Shown here one piece after another: positions 18,865 through 29,234 of a stretch of DNA of 64,000 bases; positions within the stretch are counted from its first letter, which is position 1; every line of letters begins with the position of its first letter. A program made the translations under genes and the position numbers. This stretch comes from Alphaproteobacteria bacterium (GTDB lineage: Bacteria; Pseudomonadota; Alphaproteobacteria; MPNO01): assembly GCA_965202835.1 (NCBI GenBank), contig CBDBCA010000002.1, positions 1,392,427 through 1,456,426 of the forward strand, read 5' to 3'. Below the pieces are notes generated by a model. The model made no database searches. It saw nothing but the letters and a program-made list of their open reading frames with translations, and was not told where the DNA came from.

Positions 18865-20604
18865 ATGCTTACCAAGCTCACCGTCCGGAACTTCAAACGC
18901 TTCGGGGCGGTCGAGATCGAGCTCGGCAATCCGGTCGTGTTCATCGGGCCGAACAATTCGGGGAAGACCTCGGCGATGCAGGCCCTGGCGCTGTGGGATA
19001 TCGGCGTCAAGCGGTGGAACGAAAAGCGGGCCGGCAAGAGCGCGCCGGAAAAGCGTCCCGGCGTAACGGTCAACCGGAGGGACCTCTTCGCCATCCCTCA
19101 TCCGAGCGCCGTACACCTGTGGCGCGACCTGCACGTGCGGGACGTCCGGAGCGTCGAGGGGCGGCAAAGCACCGACAACGTGCGTATCGACCTGATCGTC
19201 GAAGGGGTCGACGAGGGCAAGGTCTGGACCTGCGGCCTGGAATTCGACTACGCGAACGAGGAATCGTTCTATTGCCGGCCGCTGCGGCTTGACGACGCCA
19301 AGCCGCCGAAGCGGATGCCGATCCCGAACGAAGCCGGATCGCTACGCATCGCCTTTCTGCCACCCATGTCCGGTCTGGCCGCGACCGAGACCCGGCTCGA
19401 TCAGGGCGCGGTGAACGTGAGGGTCGGCGAGGGTCGAACGGCCGAAGTCCTCCGCAACCTGTGTTTCCGCATCCTGACGGAGAATCCCGACGGGTGGGCT
19501 TCGCTGGTGACGCGTATCGAAGGCCTGTTCGGCGTGGAACTCGAAGAGCCCCGTTATGTCGAGGAACGGGGAGAAATTACCATGGGGTACCGGGAACATG
19601 GTTCGGCCCTGGACCTCTCGTCCAGCGGGCGCGGCTTGCAGCAAACGCTCCTGATCCTCGCCTACATGCACGCCAATCCGGGCGCGGTCATCCTGCTGGA
19701 CGAGCCGGACGCGCATCTCGAAATCCTCCGCCAGCGCCAGATCTACAGCCTCATCGCGGCGGTTGCGTCGGAAAGCGGCAACCAGATCGTCGCCGCGAGC
19801 CATTCCGAGGTGTTGCTCAACGAAGCCGCAGACAAGGACCTCGTGATCGCCTTCGTCGGCAAGCCGCACCGGATCGGCGACGGGCAGAGTCAAGTGCGCA
19901 AGGCGCTGGCGGAGATCGGCTTCGATCAGTACTACCAGGCCGAGCAGACCGGCTGGGTGCTCTATCTCGAAGGCTCGACCGATCTGGCGATATTGCAAGC
20001 GTTCGCGAGGAGGCTCGGCAAGGACAGGGCCGTCCGGGCGCTGGAAAGACCGTTCGTCCGCTATGTCGGGAACAGCCCGCCGACGGCCGCGCACCACTTC
20101 CACGGGCTGAGGGAAGCCATTCCCGGCCTCAAGGGGGTGGCCCTCTACGACCGTCTCGAACCAGGCGCGCCGGACGATCCGTATCTCCGACATCTGGTCT
20201 GGCACCGGCGGGAGATCGAGAACTATCTCTGTACCCGGACGACCCTGGAGACTTACGCTCGCGCGTCCGCCATGGCGGCCGAGCCGAGACCCCTGCTCGC
20301 CCCCCTTGAAGTCGACGGTCGGTTGACGGCTATGGACGAAGCGATCGGGGAGGTAAGCCGGGCCCTCGAAACCCTCGGCAAGGGATCGCCCTGGGAGAAT
20401 GACCTTAAGGTGAGCGACGAGTTCTTGACGCCGCTCTTCAAGGCCTATTTCGAGCGGATCGGCATCCCCAACCTGATGAGCAAGAAGAACTTCTACGAGC
20501 TCGCCGACTACGTTCCTGAGGCAGAGATCGACCCGGAAATCGGCGAAAAGCTGGATGCGATCGCCACGGTCGCGGAGAGCGCGAGGCCGGCGGAGGAGGA
20601 ATAG
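18865..20604 (+). CDS. stand-alone OLD-family-like ATPase with Toprim-like C-terminal domain (GajA / class-1 OLD / fused PARIS-like)
   Basis: Walker A GPNNSGKTS, signature-like LSSSGRGLQQ, Walker B VILLDEPDAHLE, H-loop ASHS. The C-terminal ~230 aa carry a Toprim-like E...D pattern (VLYLEGSTDLAILQ, VALYDRLEP). It is flanked by about 300 bp and 180 bp non-coding gaps and unrelated genes. Confidence 0.65.
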   Translation: MLTKLTVRNFKRFGAVEIELGNPVVFIGPNNSGKTSAMQALALWDIGVKRWNEKRAGKSAPEKRPGVTVNRRDLFAIPHPSAVHLWRDLHVRDVRSVEGRQSTDNVRIDLIVEGVDEGKVWTCGLEFDYANEESFYCRPLRLDDAKPPKRMPIPNEAGSLRIAFLPPMSGLAATETRLDQGAVNVRVGEGRTAEVLRNLCFRILTENPDGWASLVTRIEGLFGVELEEPRYVEERGEITMGYREHGSALDLSSSGRGLQQTLLILAYMHANPGAVILLDEPDAHLEILRQRQIYSLIAAVASESGNQIVAASHSEVLLNEAADKDLVIAFVGKPHRIGDGQSQVRKALAEIGFDQYYQAEQTGWVLYLEGSTDLAILQAFARRLGKDRAVRALERPFVRYVGNSPPTAAHHFHGLREAIPGLKGVALYDRLEPGAPDDPYLRHLVWHRREIENYLCTRTTLETYARASAMAAEPRPLLAPLEVDGRLTAMDEAIGEVSRALETLGKGSPWENDLKVSDEFLTPLFKAYFERIGIPNLMSKKNFYELADYVPEAEIDPEIGEKLDAIATVAESARPAEEE

Positions 20605-20786
20605 CGTCGGCACGCCAGGACGCCGCCATAGCGGAATGAACGATAGCGGCGACGACTTTCGGCGAGACAATGCGTCAACACGCGAAGCCAGCCGTCTGAC
20701 GGACCGAAGGAAACAGTGCTCCGCGGGCGAAGCGTTGGCCCGCCGGGCGCCAGGTCGCGCGCCCCGGGGACGCGAAACGCCCGCCG

Positions 20787-21509
<723 letters not shown>

Positions 21510-21527
21510 GTCGCTCGCCCCCCTTCC

Positions 21528-22703
21528 TCAGTTGCGTTCGACGCACATGGCGATGCCCATGCCGCCACCGATGCAGAGCGTCGCGAGCCCCCTCGCGGCG
21601 CCGCGCCGTTTCATCTCGTGCAGGAGTGTGACGAGGATCCGCGCGCCCGAGGCGCCGATCGGGTGGCCGAGCGCGATCGCCCCGCCGTTCACGTTCACCT
21701 TCTCCATGTCGAAGCCGAGGTCGCGCGCCACCGCGCAGGATTGCGCCGCGAAGGCCTCGTTCGATTCCACGAGGTCGACGTCGCCGATGCTCCACCCGGC
21801 CGTCTCCAGCGCCTTGCGGCTCGCCGGGATCGGGCCCGAGCCCATCAGCGCCGGATCGACGCCCGCCGTCGCCCAAGAGACGATGCGCCCGAGCGGCTCG
21901 ATCCCGCGCCGCGCCGCCTCGTCCGCGGTCATCAGCACCAGCGCCGCCGCGCCGTCGTTGATGCCGGACGCGTTCCCCGCCGTCACCGTGCCGTCCTTCG
22001 CGAAGGCGGGCCGCAGCTTGGCCAGTGTCTCGACCGTGGTGCCGTGGCGCGGATACTCGTCGGCGTCCACCGCGATGTCGCCCTTACGATGAGGCACGAC
22101 GGCCGGCGCGATCTCGTCCGCGAACCGGCCCGCCTTCTGCGCTTGCTCCGCCTTGGCCTGGCTGGCGGCGGCGAATTCGTCCTGCTCGGCGCGGGGGATC
22201 TGCCAGCGCTCGGCCACGTTCTCCGCCGTGGTGCCCATGTGGTAGCCGTGGAAGGCGTCCCACAGCCCGTCCCTGATCATCGTGTCGGTGAAGGCGAAAT
22301 CGCCCATCTTCTGGCCCGCGCGCATGTGGGCCGCGTGCGGCGAGAGGCTCATGCTCTCCTGCCCGCCGGCCACGACGATCCCGGCATCGCCGGCGCGGAT
22401 CGCCTGGCCCGCCATCGCGACCGCGCGCAGCCCCGAGCCGCACACCTGGTTGATGGTGAGCGCGGTCTTCTCCTGGGGAATGCCGGCGGCCATCGCGGCC
22501 TGCCGGGCCGGGTTCATGCCGCAGCCGGCGGTCAGCACCTGGCCCATCACCGCCTCGTCGACCTCCGCGCCGTCCACACCCGCGCGCGCAAGCGCGGCCC
22601 CGATCGCGGCCTTGCCGAGGTCGACGGCGGGGACGCTCGCAAACGCGCCGTTGAACGCGCCGATCGGGGTGCGGGCGGCACCCGCGATGACGATGTCTGT
22701 CAT
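21528..22703 (-). CDS. phaA: acetyl-CoA C-acetyltransferase (thiolase II)
   Basis: [15 protein letters not shown], active-site NQVCGSGL, and C-terminal [11 protein letters not shown]...CIGGGMG. The ORF-track 5' extension is excluded. Confidence 0.85.
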   Translation of the reverse strand: MTDIVIAGAARTPIGAFNGAFASVPAVDLGKAAIGAALARAGVDGAEVDEAVMGQVLTAGCGMNPARQAAMAAGIPQEKTALTINQVCGSGLRAVAMAGQAIRAGDAGIVVAGGQESMSLSPHAAHMRAGQKMGDFAFTDTMIRDGLWDAFHGYHMGTTAENVAERWQIPRAEQDEFAAASQAKAEQAQKAGRFADEIAPAVVPHRKGDIAVDADEYPRHGTTVETLAKLRPAFAKDGTVTAGNASGINDGAAALVLMTADEAARRGIEPLGRIVSWATAGVDPALMGSGPIPASRKALETAGWSIGDVDLVESNEAFAAQSCAVARDLGFDMEKVNVNGGAIALGHPIGASGARILVTLLHEMKRRGAARGLATLCIGGGMGIAMCVERN

Positions 22704-22884
22704 GGAAATGTCCTCCCGAGGGATGGGGCGCCGAGCGCCTGCCACCGATCTAGGCGCGGGCCGTCCCGGAGGCAACAGGACAGAATCGCGCACCCCCGGG
22801 GACGCAACTCCGTTGCGCTCGCCCCCGCGCGCGTCCTAGGCTTCTTGCAAGTAGCGCGTACAACCGCGGGCAGAGGAGAGAGCC

Positions 22885-24153
22885 ATGAAGATCGTGGCGT
22901 TCGCGCAAAACCAGTACCGCACGTTTCCCGCCGACTTCCAGGACCGCCACGAGGGCACGGTGACGACACCCTGGTCGCTCGCCGAGCCGGGCGAGGTGCG
23001 GGCGGCGTTCCGGGACTATCTCGACTACATCATGCAGGCGGCGCGGTCGGGCTTCGACGGCGTCGCCTTCACCGAGCACGCCCAGACCACCTACGACATG
23101 ATCGCCAACCCGAGCCTGATCGGCTCGGCGATCGGCTACGCGACCGAGACCGAGGGGCTCGACGTCGCCATCTATCCGGTCGGCCGGTCGCTCGGCAAGG
23201 CGCGGGAGCCGGTCCGCGTCGCCGAGGAATACGCGATGATCGACTGCATCTCGGGCGGCCGGCTGATGGCCGGCTTCCCGGTCGGGTTGATGTTCGACGC
23301 GGCGATCAACAACGGCGTGCCGCCGATCGAGGTGCGCCAGCGCTACACCGAGAACCTGCGGCTCATCCTGCGCGCCTGGCACGATCACGAGCCGTTCGCC
23401 TGGAACGGCCGGTTCACCCAGCTCCCGTCGGTCAATATCTGGCCGCGGCCGCTGCAGCAGCCGCTCCCGGTCTGGATCACCGGCGTGGGCAACCCGGCGA
23501 CGATGCGCCTCGTGCTGGAGAACAATTTCGGCTTCAACTATTTCGGCTGGTTCGGCAGCGAGCTCACGGCCAGGCGGGTGTTCGACCGCTTCTGGGAGAT
23601 CGCCGACAGCGTCGGTGCACCCGCCAACCCCAACCGGATGGCCTTCATGGCCTCGGTCTGCGTCGGCGAGACCGACGAAGAGGCCGAGCGCGTCTACGGC
23701 CCCCATCTCGAATACTTCTTCAACAAGGGGCCGGGCGCGACCCAGCTCGGCAAGCTCGCGATACCCGGCGGCATCTCGCTCCCCGGCATCCGCTTCCTGC
23801 TGGAGGACCAGGCCGGTGATTTCGGTTTCGCCCACGAGATGCGCCACGCCAGCGCGGCGCGGATCTTCGAGGTCGGCGCGGCCGTCGTCGGCTCCGCCGA
23901 AACGGTGGCCGACCGGCTGATCGGGATCGCCCGCGACTACCGCGTCGGCAATCTGGTGACGATGCTCAAGATGGGCTCGATGCCGCGCGATCTCGTTGCC
24001 GACAACGTCGCGCGCTTCGCGGAGTCCGTGCTGCCCAGGCTGCGCGAAGCCGGGGTCGGCGACGACTGGCCGCATCGCTGGTGGCCCGAACGCCTTGGCG
24101 GCAGTCCGGAACCCGTCGGCGCGAAGCTCGACGCGCTCCGCGGAGCCGCGTGA
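22885..24153 (+). CDS. LLM-class (luciferase-like) flavin-dependent oxidoreductase
   Basis: TIM-barrel LLM family features. Confidence 0.7.
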   Translation: MKIVAFAQNQYRTFPADFQDRHEGTVTTPWSLAEPGEVRAAFRDYLDYIMQAARSGFDGVAFTEHAQTTYDMIANPSLIGSAIGYATETEGLDVAIYPVGRSLGKAREPVRVAEEYAMIDCISGGRLMAGFPVGLMFDAAINNGVPPIEVRQRYTENLRLILRAWHDHEPFAWNGRFTQLPSVNIWPRPLQQPLPVWITGVGNPATMRLVLENNFGFNYFGWFGSELTARRVFDRFWEIADSVGAPANPNRMAFMASVCVGETDEEAERVYGPHLEYFFNKGPGATQLGKLAIPGGISLPGIRFLLEDQAGDFGFAHEMRHASAARIFEVGAAVVGSAETVADRLIGIARDYRVGNLVTMLKMGSMPRDLVADNVARFAESVLPRLREAGVGDDWPHRWWPERLGGSPEPVGAKLDALRGAA

Positions 24154-24962
24154 TGTCGGGGATCGAACTGCGCGAGCGCGAGGTCGAGGCGTGGGGCGGG
24201 CGGCTCACGATGCGCGTCAAGACGGCCGGGTCGGGCCCGCCGCTGGTCTATCTCCACCCGGCCGCGGGGCTGCACTTCGATCCCTTCCTCGAGGCGTTGA
24301 GCGCCGACTGGACCGTCATCGCGCCCGAGCATCCGGGGACCAGCGAGGGCGACGCCGAGGCGATCCACGCCGTCGACGATCTCTGGGATCTCGTGCTGAT
24401 CTACGACGAGGCGATCCGCGCGCTCGACCTCGACGGCCCGGTCGTGGCGATCGGCCAGTCCTTCGGCGGCATGATGGCGGCCGAGCTCGCGGCGCTCCGT
24501 CCAGACATGTTCGCACGCCTCGTTTTGCTCGCCCCGATCGGGCTCTGGCGTGAGGATGTGCCGATCGCCAACTGGATCATGACGCCGCCCGAGGAGCTTC
24601 CGGCGCTGCTTTTCAAGGACCCCGGTTGCGCCGCAGCGCGGACGATGTTCACGCCACCCGAGGACGCGGGCGTGGCGCTGGCCGCTACGGCCGGGCTGAT
24701 CTGGGCGCTCGGCTGCACGGGTAAGTTCGTCTGGCCGATCCCCGACCGGGGGCTCGCCAAGCGTATCCACCGGATCGCCGCGCCGACGCTGATCGTCTGG
24801 GGCGAGGACGACGCGCTGATCCCCTCCGCCTACGCCGCCGAGTTCGGCGAGCGGATCGCCGACAGCCGGGTCGAAATCCTCCCCGAATGCGGCCACATCC
24901 CGCAGCTCGAACGGGGCGCCGAGACGCTGGACATGGTGCGGGGGTTCCTGACGGCGGGGTAA
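24153..24962 (+). CDS. alpha/beta-fold hydrolase
   Basis: GQSFGG nucleophile elbow. ATG overlaps the LLM stop (TGATG). Confidence 0.75.
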   Translation: MSGIELREREVEAWGGRLTMRVKTAGSGPPLVYLHPAAGLHFDPFLEALSADWTVIAPEHPGTSEGDAEAIHAVDDLWDLVLIYDEAIRALDLDGPVVAIGQSFGGMMAAELAALRPDMFARLVLLAPIGLWREDVPIANWIMTPPEELPALLFKDPGCAAARTMFTPPEDAGVALAATAGLIWALGCTGKFVWPIPDRGLAKRIHRIAAPTLIVWGEDDALIPSAYAAEFGERIADSRVEILPECGHIPQLERGAETLDMVRGFLTAG

Positions 24963-25000
24963 GGGCGCGCCATACGGGTGAGACCGGGTGCGCGGCCCCG

Positions 25001-25146
25001 GACCCCGGAACAAGTTCGGGGTGACAATTTGTGCGGTTTCCGAAAACGAGCCCGGCAATCGAGCGGCCGTACAACGGCCTTCGTCGCGCAGCCGGCGCCC
25101 TGCCGCCCGCTGTCACCCCGGGCTTGTTCCGGGGTCCAGGGAAGCC
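25001..25146. repeat. pair of REP-like hairpins in opposite orientation (copy C 25001-25025, reverse and imperfect; copy D 25122-25146)
   Basis: GACCCCGGAACAAGTTCGGGGTGAC and GTCACCCCGGGCTTGTTCCGGGGTC, about 120 bp apart between convergent genes (BIME-like doublet). Confidence 0.65.
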
Positions 25147-25171
25147 GGCACGGCGGTCCGGCGGAAGGCGC

Positions 25172-25927
25172 CTATCCCGCCTGCAGCGACTCCAGGATCT
25201 CGCGGCTCGACGGGGCGAGCTCGCAGTTGATGGCGTCGAACGCGGAGAGCGGCGGGAACACCAGACCGGTACCCTCCATGTGGCCGCGCATCTCGGTGAG
25301 GTAGCGGTTGACGATCGCCTCGGTGGTGTTCCGCTTGAGCCCGTGTTCGAGGCAGAAATCGTTGTCCGCCCCGGTCAGCCGGCCGAAGGCGCGCTTGACG
25401 CAGTTGGGCAGCACGCGGTTGAAGATCTGCTGGAACTCGGCGAGCTGGACCGGGTCCCTGGCGACCTCCTTCAGGTTCTCGACGCCGTTGTCGTAGTGGT
25501 CCTCCTCGTCGGCCAGCACCTCTTCCTGGCTGTCCGCCCAGGGGGTGTAGGACGACTGGCGGTATTCCATGATCTGGTGGCTGCCGGCGCGGTCGACGGT
25601 GAAGTTGAACACCGCGATGTGGAGCCAGTTGTCGAGGTCGAGCTGCCAGAAATCGGCCGCGTCCGGACGGCCGGCGATGATCTCCTCGGGGTCCTCGCCG
25701 AGGTCGACCAGCAGGTCGTAGAGCCCCTGGCTGTGACGCGCCTCCTCGGCCGCGAACTCCGCCGCGAGCGCCTTCTCCTTCCAGTTGGGCGCGACCGAGA
25801 TCGCCTTCCCGAACACCTCGGCGGTCGCGGTCTCGGCATAGATCTGCCGCGTCATCAGGCGAACCAGAAGGTCCTTGTACGGGCCGCCCACCTGCTCGGG
25901 GCGCGCGAATTCGGGTGCCGGGGCCAT
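25172..25927 (-). CDS. ferritin-like di-iron protein of the phenylacetate-CoA oxygenase PaaA/PaaC family
   Basis: Helical di-iron carboxylate signature regions (EVFGKA...EExRH). A solitary gene. Confidence 0.5.
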   Translation of the reverse strand: MAPAPEFARPEQVGGPYKDLLVRLMTRQIYAETATAEVFGKAISVAPNWKEKALAAEFAAEEARHSQGLYDLLVDLGEDPEEIIAGRPDAADFWQLDLDNWLHIAVFNFTVDRAGSHQIMEYRQSSYTPWADSQEEVLADEEDHYDNGVENLKEVARDPVQLAEFQQIFNRVLPNCVKRAFGRLTGADNDFCLEHGLKRNTTEAIVNRYLTEMRGHMEGTGLVFPPLSAFDAINCELAPSSREILESLQAG

Positions 25928-26033
25928 GGGGCGGGATCCTCTCTCGGTATATCCGGGTACGGGAGGGAACTTAGGCAGGGAGGCGGCGGTGTCAATGCGT
26001 CAGGAGCGGGAAGTCAGGCTGAAAACCCCACCC

Positions 26034-26363
26034 TCAGACGGCCTGGAGACGCGTCATCTCCGCTTCGAATTTTGCCTCCAGCCGCGCCGCCTCGTCCTCG
26101 GGCAGCCAGCAGGTCAGCTTGGGGAACACCATGCGGAAGAACGAAGACCGCCCGTACTCCCAGTGGCGCGCGGATATCTCTTCGCGCAGTTCCTTCAGGA
26201 TGCTGTCGATCCGGCGCCGCACCTGCTCCGGGTCGGGCCGGTAGGCCTCGGCGGGCGAGATGCCGAACAGGTCGCCCTGTTCGTGCTCGTCCAGAGTGTC
26301 TTGTCGGCGCGTTGCCACCCGGAACCCCGCATCTGGTAGCAATTCCCGACGGCCACCATACAT
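26034..26363 (-). CDS. hypothetical protein (109 aa)
   Basis: Met-initiated C-terminal part of the ORF-track ORF 26034..26579. No recognisable motif. Confidence 0.4.
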   Translation of the reverse strand: MYGGRRELLPDAGFRVATRRQDTLDEHEQGDLFGISPAEAYRPDPEQVRRRIDSILKELREEISARHWEYGRSSFFRMVFPKLTCWLPEDEAARLEAKFEAEMTRLQAV

Positions 26364-26416
26364 TTCGATGCCGATTCGCTCCAATGGGCAATCGCATCGA
26401 CCGGAAAAGCCGCGCG

Positions 26417-27244
26417 TCAGCGGTTGATCGGGTAATCGCCCTGACCGTCCCAGAAGGGATGGAGGAGGAGCCTGTGAAGATGCAGCTCGGCCGGGTCGCG
26501 GAAGCTGTCCAGGCCGATGGTCATCGCCTCGTGGCCCTTCGCGGGCTGGTCCCGGTAGGTGCCGAAAAGGCGGTCCCACCAGGGAAAGTTGAAACCGAAA
26601 TTGCTGTTGGTCTCGGCCGTGATGTCGGAATGGTGGACTCGGTGCATGTCGGGCGTGACGACGATCAGGCGCAGCACCCGGTCGAGTCCCAGGGGCAGGC
26701 GAAGATTGCCGTGGTTGAACATCGAGGTGCCGTTCAGCAGCACCTCGAAGATCACCATGGCCAGCGCCGCCGGGCCGATCACGATCACCGCCGCGAACTT
26801 CAGCAGCACCGAGAGGATGATCTCGAACGGGTGGAAGCGGGAGCCGGTGGTGACGTCGAAATCGAGATCAGCGTGATGCATGCGATGAAGGCGCCACAGC
26901 GCCGGCACGGCGTGGAACATGACGTGCTGGAGGTAGATCACGAGATCGAGCACGAGAACCGCGATCGCGACCTCCAGCCAGAACGGCAGCGCGACCAGGT
27001 TGAGCACCCCCCAGCCGCGCTCTTCCGCGATCACGGCGAGCGCGACCGGCGCGACGGGGACGAGCAGCCGCACCGCCACGGTGTTGAGGGCGACGATGCC
27101 GATATTGGCGTACCAGCGCAGCCAGCGGGGCTGGCTCGGCGCCCGCCTCGGCGCGGCCAGTTCCCACAGCGCCACAACGGCGAAAATGCCGACGAAGAAG
27201 CCGAGCCTGATCGCGGGCTCGCTCTCGGCGATGAACTCGGGCAT
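26417..27244 (-). CDS. sterol desaturase / fatty-acid hydroxylase superfamily membrane protein
   Basis: His boxes HxxHH (HRMHHAD, HRVHHSD) in a polytopic membrane protein. Confidence 0.8.
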   Translation of the reverse strand: MPEFIAESEPAIRLGFFVGIFAVVALWELAAPRRAPSQPRWLRWYANIGIVALNTVAVRLLVPVAPVALAVIAEERGWGVLNLVALPFWLEVAIAVLVLDLVIYLQHVMFHAVPALWRLHRMHHADLDFDVTTGSRFHPFEIILSVLLKFAAVIVIGPAALAMVIFEVLLNGTSMFNHGNLRLPLGLDRVLRLIVVTPDMHRVHHSDITAETNSNFGFNFPWWDRLFGTYRDQPAKGHEAMTIGLDSFRDPAELHLHRLLLHPFWDGQGDYPINR

Positions 27245-27247
27245 CGG

Positions 27248-27595
27248 TCACACCGGAACGATATCGTCGAGCGCCACCCGGAGCGCGTCGGCGAGCTTGC
27301 GAAGGGTCTTCACGGAACCCGCGTTGCGTCCGGCTTCGATCTCCACGATCTGCACCCGGTTGACGCCGGAGACGCGTGCGAGCCGGGATTGGGAAAAGCC
27401 GCGGTATTCCCGCCAGACCCTGAGCGCCGATTCCCCGTCAATGAGGCGGTCGGCGACGCTGGAAGGAACGAGCTCTTCCTCCCCGGCGGCGATCCGCGCC
27501 TCAATGTCCAGCGCCGCCCGGAAGTCCTCGAAATCTTCTTCCATGGCGCGCAGACGGTCGTATTCCGCTCTCGGGATCGTTACGGTTTCGGTCAT
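27248..27595 (-). CDS. higA: HTH XRE-family antitoxin (HigA-like)
   Basis: C-terminal HTH FSQSRLARVSGVNRVQIVEIEAG. Located 5 bp downstream of the RelE/ParE-family toxin gene (toxin-first order). Confidence 0.65.
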   Translation of the reverse strand: MTETVTIPRAEYDRLRAMEEDFEDFRAALDIEARIAAGEEELVPSSVADRLIDGESALRVWREYRGFSQSRLARVSGVNRVQIVEIEAGRNAGSVKTLRKLADALRVALDDIVPV

Positions 27596-27600
27596 CGAAG

Positions 27601-27855
27601 TTACTCCCGATAGGCGCTGCCGCGGCTGGTTACGTGGAGGACGTGGAGCGTGCTCATCTCGCGCATCACGATCCGCCAGTCTCCCACCCTGAGGCGTACC
27701 AGGCCGTCCTCACCCTTCATAGCGACGACGTTGTTCGCCTGCGACGCAGGGTCGTCCGCGTAGGCCCTGATTTTCTCCCGGATACGGCTTGCCAGATTGC
27801 GCGGCATCCGGGACAGAGCCTTCACGGCGGTGCGGCTATACGCGATATCTCTCAC
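27601..27855 (-). CDS. higB: RelE/ParE-family type II toxin (HigB-like)
   Basis: Conserved core ...LASRIREKIRAYADDPASQANNVVAMKGEDGLVRLRVGDWRIVMREM..LHVLHVTSRGSAY. Start placed at an internal GTG (27855) so that the promoter/operator lies upstream. The ORF-track ATG at 27921 is the alternative. Confidence 0.6.
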   Translation of the reverse strand: MRDIAYSRTAVKALSRMPRNLASRIREKIRAYADDPASQANNVVAMKGEDGLVRLRVGDWRIVMREMSTLHVLHVTSRGSAYRE

Positions 27856-27862
27856 GTCGATT

Positions 27863-27890
27863 ATGTAGTCAATGGCTACATTGTAGTCAA
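27863..27890 (-). promoter_or_regulatory. putative promoter/operator of the higBA-like operon
   Basis: On the minus strand: TTGACTACAatgtagccaTTGACTACATAAT. It has two direct TTGACTACA repeats, a -35/-10-like TTGACT-17nt-TACATA arrangement, and an internal palindrome CTACAaTGTAG. It is AT-rich relative to the genome. Confidence 0.45.
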
Positions 27891-28022
27891 GAACGACAGG
27901 CGAAGGTTTGCACCTTGTCATGGCAATCAGACTCTAGATGCCCCCTGTACCGCCGCCCGGGACCCCGTGCTAAATTCGGCGCCCTTCGATCGTTCGAGAA
28001 TTTCCCCCCGCCAGAGACCCCC

Positions 28023-28655
28023 ATGCATCCGGTCGCGGAAGACATTCTGACATTCTGGTTCGAGACCACCGACCTCTCGGCCGAGATCGAGCGGCGGCAG
28101 GTCTGGTTCCGCTCGACGCCCGAATTCGATGCGGAACTCGCCGAGCGTTACACCGCCGTCCATGAGCGCGCGGCGGGCGGGGCGTTCGACGGCTTCGTCG
28201 CGACCCGCGAGGAATGCCTCGCCCTGGTGATCGCGCTCGACCAGTTCCCGCGCAACATCTTCCGCGGCACGCCGCGCGCCTTCGCCTCCGACGCCAAGGC
28301 GCGCGAGATCGCCCGCATCGCCCTCGAACGCGGCCATGACGAGGGGTTGTGCTCGTCGTTCAAGATGTTCTTGTACCTCCCCTTCGAGCACAGCGAGAGC
28401 CTCGCAGACCAGGAGCGCGCGGTGGTGCTCTACGGGGGGCTCGGCGAGGACCGCTCGCTCGAAGCCGCGCTCGGCCACCGCGACGCGATCCGCCGCTTCG
28501 GCCGCTTCCCGCACCGCAACGAGACGCTCGGGCGCGAGAACACGCCGGACGAGGCGGAATATCTCAAGGCGCCGCCGAGCTGGGGGCTGACGGCGGAGGA
28601 ATTCGCCGAATGGGAGCGCGAGAAGGAAGCGCGCGAGCAGGCGGCGTCCGGCTGA
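28023..28655 (+). CDS. DUF924-family protein
   Basis: Conserved DUF924 blocks (LDQFPRNIFRG, FLYLPFEHSE, RFGRFPHRN). Confidence 0.7.
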   Translation: MHPVAEDILTFWFETTDLSAEIERRQVWFRSTPEFDAELAERYTAVHERAAGGAFDGFVATREECLALVIALDQFPRNIFRGTPRAFASDAKAREIARIALERGHDEGLCSSFKMFLYLPFEHSESLADQERAVVLYGGLGEDRSLEAALGHRDAIRRFGRFPHRNETLGRENTPDEAEYLKAPPSWGLTAEEFAEWEREKEAREQAASG

Positions 28656-28673
28656 CGCGGCAAGGGGAGGCGG

Positions 28674-29156
28674 ATGGAGGAGAGATATACCAAGGGTTTC
28701 CCGGTCTCGTGGGAACAGCTCCACCGGGATGCCCGGGCGCTCGCCTGGCGGCTCGCCTCGATGGGGCCGTGGAACGGGGTGATCGCGGTCACGCGCGGCG
28801 GGCTGGTGCCCACCGCGATCGTCGCCCGCGAGCTCGAGCTCCGCATGATCGACACCATCTGCGTCACCTCATACGACTGGAAGGACCAGGGCGGGATCGA
28901 GGTCATCAAGGGCATCGAGGGCGATGGGGAGGGGCTGCTGATCGTCGACGACCTGGTCGATACCGGGCAGACCGCATCGCTGGTGCGCGACATGCTGCCC
29001 AAAGCGCATTTCGCCACCGTCTACGCCAAGCCCGCCGGGCGGCCCATGGTCGACACCTTCATCACCGAGGTCAGCCAGGACACCTGGATCTACTTCCCCT
29101 GGGACATGGAGCTCCAGTTCGTCCAGCCCATCGTCCAGGCCGCCCCGCCGGGGTAG
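28674..29156 (+). CDS. gpt: xanthine-guanine phosphoribosyltransferase
   Basis: Near-collinear with E. coli Gpt ([43 protein letters not shown]). Confidence 0.9.
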   Translation: MEERYTKGFPVSWEQLHRDARALAWRLASMGPWNGVIAVTRGGLVPTAIVARELELRMIDTICVTSYDWKDQGGIEVIKGIEGDGEGLLIVDDLVDTGQTASLVRDMLPKAHFATVYAKPAGRPMVDTFITEVSQDTWIYFPWDMELQFVQPIVQAAPPG

Positions 29157-29234
29157 GAAACCACGCCTTCCGCGCTTTTCCCGGCGCTCCTATAATCCGT
29201 CCCCTTTTCGCGGCGAGGGGAGGCCGGGCGAGGC

